Below are positions 62,474 to 64,000 of a stretch of DNA of 64,000 bases, one piece after another. Below the pieces are notes generated by a model, which made no database searches, was not told the origin of the DNA, and saw nothing but the letters and a program-made list of their open reading frames with translations. This stretch comes from Squalus acanthias (taxonomy: Eukaryota). Each line of letters starts with the position of its first letter. The first letter of the stretch is position 1. The stretch spans positions 10,850,001-10,914,000 of the forward strand of contig CM059432.1 of assembly GCA_030390025.1 (NCBI GenBank), given 5' to 3'. Both the position numbers and the translations under genes were made by a program.

Positions 62474-62526
62474 GTGCGACTTCTCACATTTGTCCACCCC
62501 AGTCCAACACAGGCATCTCCACATCA
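62474..62526 (+). mobile_element. Right end of the Penelope-like element split by the Tx1 array
   Basis: GTGCGACTTCTCACATTTGTCCACCCCAGTCCAACACAGGCATCTCCACATCA continues the target as in the uninterrupted copy at 17267-17371. Confidence 0.85.
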
Positions 62527-63035
62527 AGTGTATTCTGTGTGTGTGAGAGTCAGACACACTGCCTGTGTATTCTGTGTGCGTGAGAGTCAGACACACTGCC
62601 AGTGTATTCTGTGTGTGTGAGAATCAGACACACTGCCAGTCTATTCTGTGTGTGTGAGAATCAGACACACTGCCAGTCTATTCTGTGTGTGTGAGATTCA
62701 GACACATTGCCAGTCTATTCTGTGTGTGTGAGAATCAGACACACTGCCAGTACACACCGCCAGTGTATTCTGTGTGTGTGAGAGTCAGACACACTGCCAG
62801 TGTATTCGGTGTGTGTGAGAATCAGACACACTGCCAGTGTATTCTGTGTGTGTGAGAGTCAGACACACTGCCAGTGTATTCGGTGTGTGTGAGAATCAGA
62901 CACACTGCCCGTGTATTCTGTGTGTGGGAATCAGACACACTGCCCGTGTATTGTGTGTGTGTGAGAGTCAGACACACTGCCAGTCTACTGTGTGTGTGGG
63001 AGTCAGACACACTGCCAGTCTACTGTGTGTGTGTG
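62527..63035. repeat. Minisatellite, ~37-bp unit AGTGTATTCTGTGTGTGTGAGAGTCAGACACACTGCC, about 13 units
   Basis: Visible tandem units; one unit stranded at ~40908-40947; degenerate units at ~63355-63380 and 63848-64000. Confidence 0.95.
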
Positions 63036-63044
63036 TATGTGTGT

Positions 63045-63352
63045 ATTTTGGCCAGAACACTGGGGATAGCTCCCCTGCTCTTCTTAGAAATAGTGCCATG
63101 AGATGTTTTACGTCCACCTGAGAGGGCAGACAGTGCCTCAGTTTAACGTCTCCTCCGAAAGACGGCACCTCCGACAGTGCAGCACTCCCTCAGTACTGCA
63201 TTGGAGTGTCAGCGTAGATTTTTGTGCTCAAGTCTCTGGAGTGGGCGTCTCCCACAACAGTGACTACACTTCAAAAAGTACTGAATTGGCTGTAAAGCGC
63301 TTCAGGACATCCTGTGGTTTTGAAAGGCGCTATAGAAATGCAAGTTTTTTTT
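63045..63352. mobile_element. Rearranged SacSINE1-like SINE (inverted middle part plus forward tail)
   Basis: 63045-63245 matches the SINE on the minus strand; 63253-63352 matches the tail on the plus strand. Confidence 0.7.
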
Positions 63353-63378
63353 TACTCTGTGAGACTCAGACACACTGC

Positions 63379-63843
63379 CAGCCGTGGCTCAGTGGGCAGC
63401 ACTCTCGCCTCTGAGTCAGAAGGTTGTGGGTTCAAGTCCCACTCTGGAGACTTGAGCACAAAAATCTAGGCTGGCACTCCAGTGCAGTACTGAGGGAGTG
63501 CTGCACTGTCGGAGGTGCCATCTTTCGGATGAGACGTTGAACCGAGACCCTGTCTGCGCTCTCAGGTGGATGTAATAGTTCCCATTGCACTATTTCGAAG
63601 AAGAGCAGGTGTTCTCCCTGGTGTCCTGGCCAATATTTATCCCTCAATCGACATCAATAAAACAGATTATCTGGTCATTATCACATTGCTGTTTGTGGGA
63701 TCTTGCTGTGCACAAATTGGCTGCCGCGTTTCCTGCATTACAACAGTGACTCCACTTCAAAAAGTAATTCATTGGCTGTAAAGCGCTTTGGCTCATCCTG
63801 AGGTCATGAAAGGCTCTATATAAATGCAAGTCTTTCTTTTTTA
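63379..63843 (+). mobile_element. SacSINE1-like SINE inserted in degenerate minisatellite
   Basis: A/B boxes, core and tail; flanked by tgtgagactcagacacactg units. Confidence 0.88.
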
Positions 63844-64000
63844 CTTTTGTGTGAGACTCAGACACACTGGTAGCCTGCTCTCTGTGAGAGACAGAAGCAG
63901 ACTCACTGGAAGTCTACTCCGTGTGAGACCTAGACTGGCTGCCAGACTACTTACTCCATGTGAGACTCAGACTCCTTGGTAACCTGCTCTGTGCGAGACT

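Overview
Vertebrate genomic DNA, very probably from a shark or other cartilaginous fish (SacSINE1/Deu-type SINEs, CR1 and L2 LINEs, Penelope-type repeats). The left 40.5 kb is the 5' part of a minus-strand PTPN2 (TC-PTP) gene: CpG-island promoter at about 40.0-40.5 kb and coding exons 1-3 at 40177-40233, 25351-25441 and 7890-7990, separated by repeat-filled introns. Immediately upstream lies a nested structure. A ~37-bp minisatellite is interrupted by a small Penelope-like element with inverted arms that carry minimal hammerhead ribozyme motifs. One arm contains three young, head-to-tail ~7-kb Tx1-clade (L1 group) non-LTR retrotransposons, one fully intact. Every Tx1 copy is bounded by the same 52-bp target sequence. 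Each Tx1 5' end carries a 16-nt sequence identical to the opposite strand of the target DNA directly abutting that 52-mer. Empty copies of the target occur at 17267 and 40959. This looks like a site-specific Tx1 family that targets a hammerhead-bearing Penelope repeat, possibly helped by target-complementary sequence at its 5' end. The structure is seen directly; the mechanism and novelty are inference and were not database-checked.
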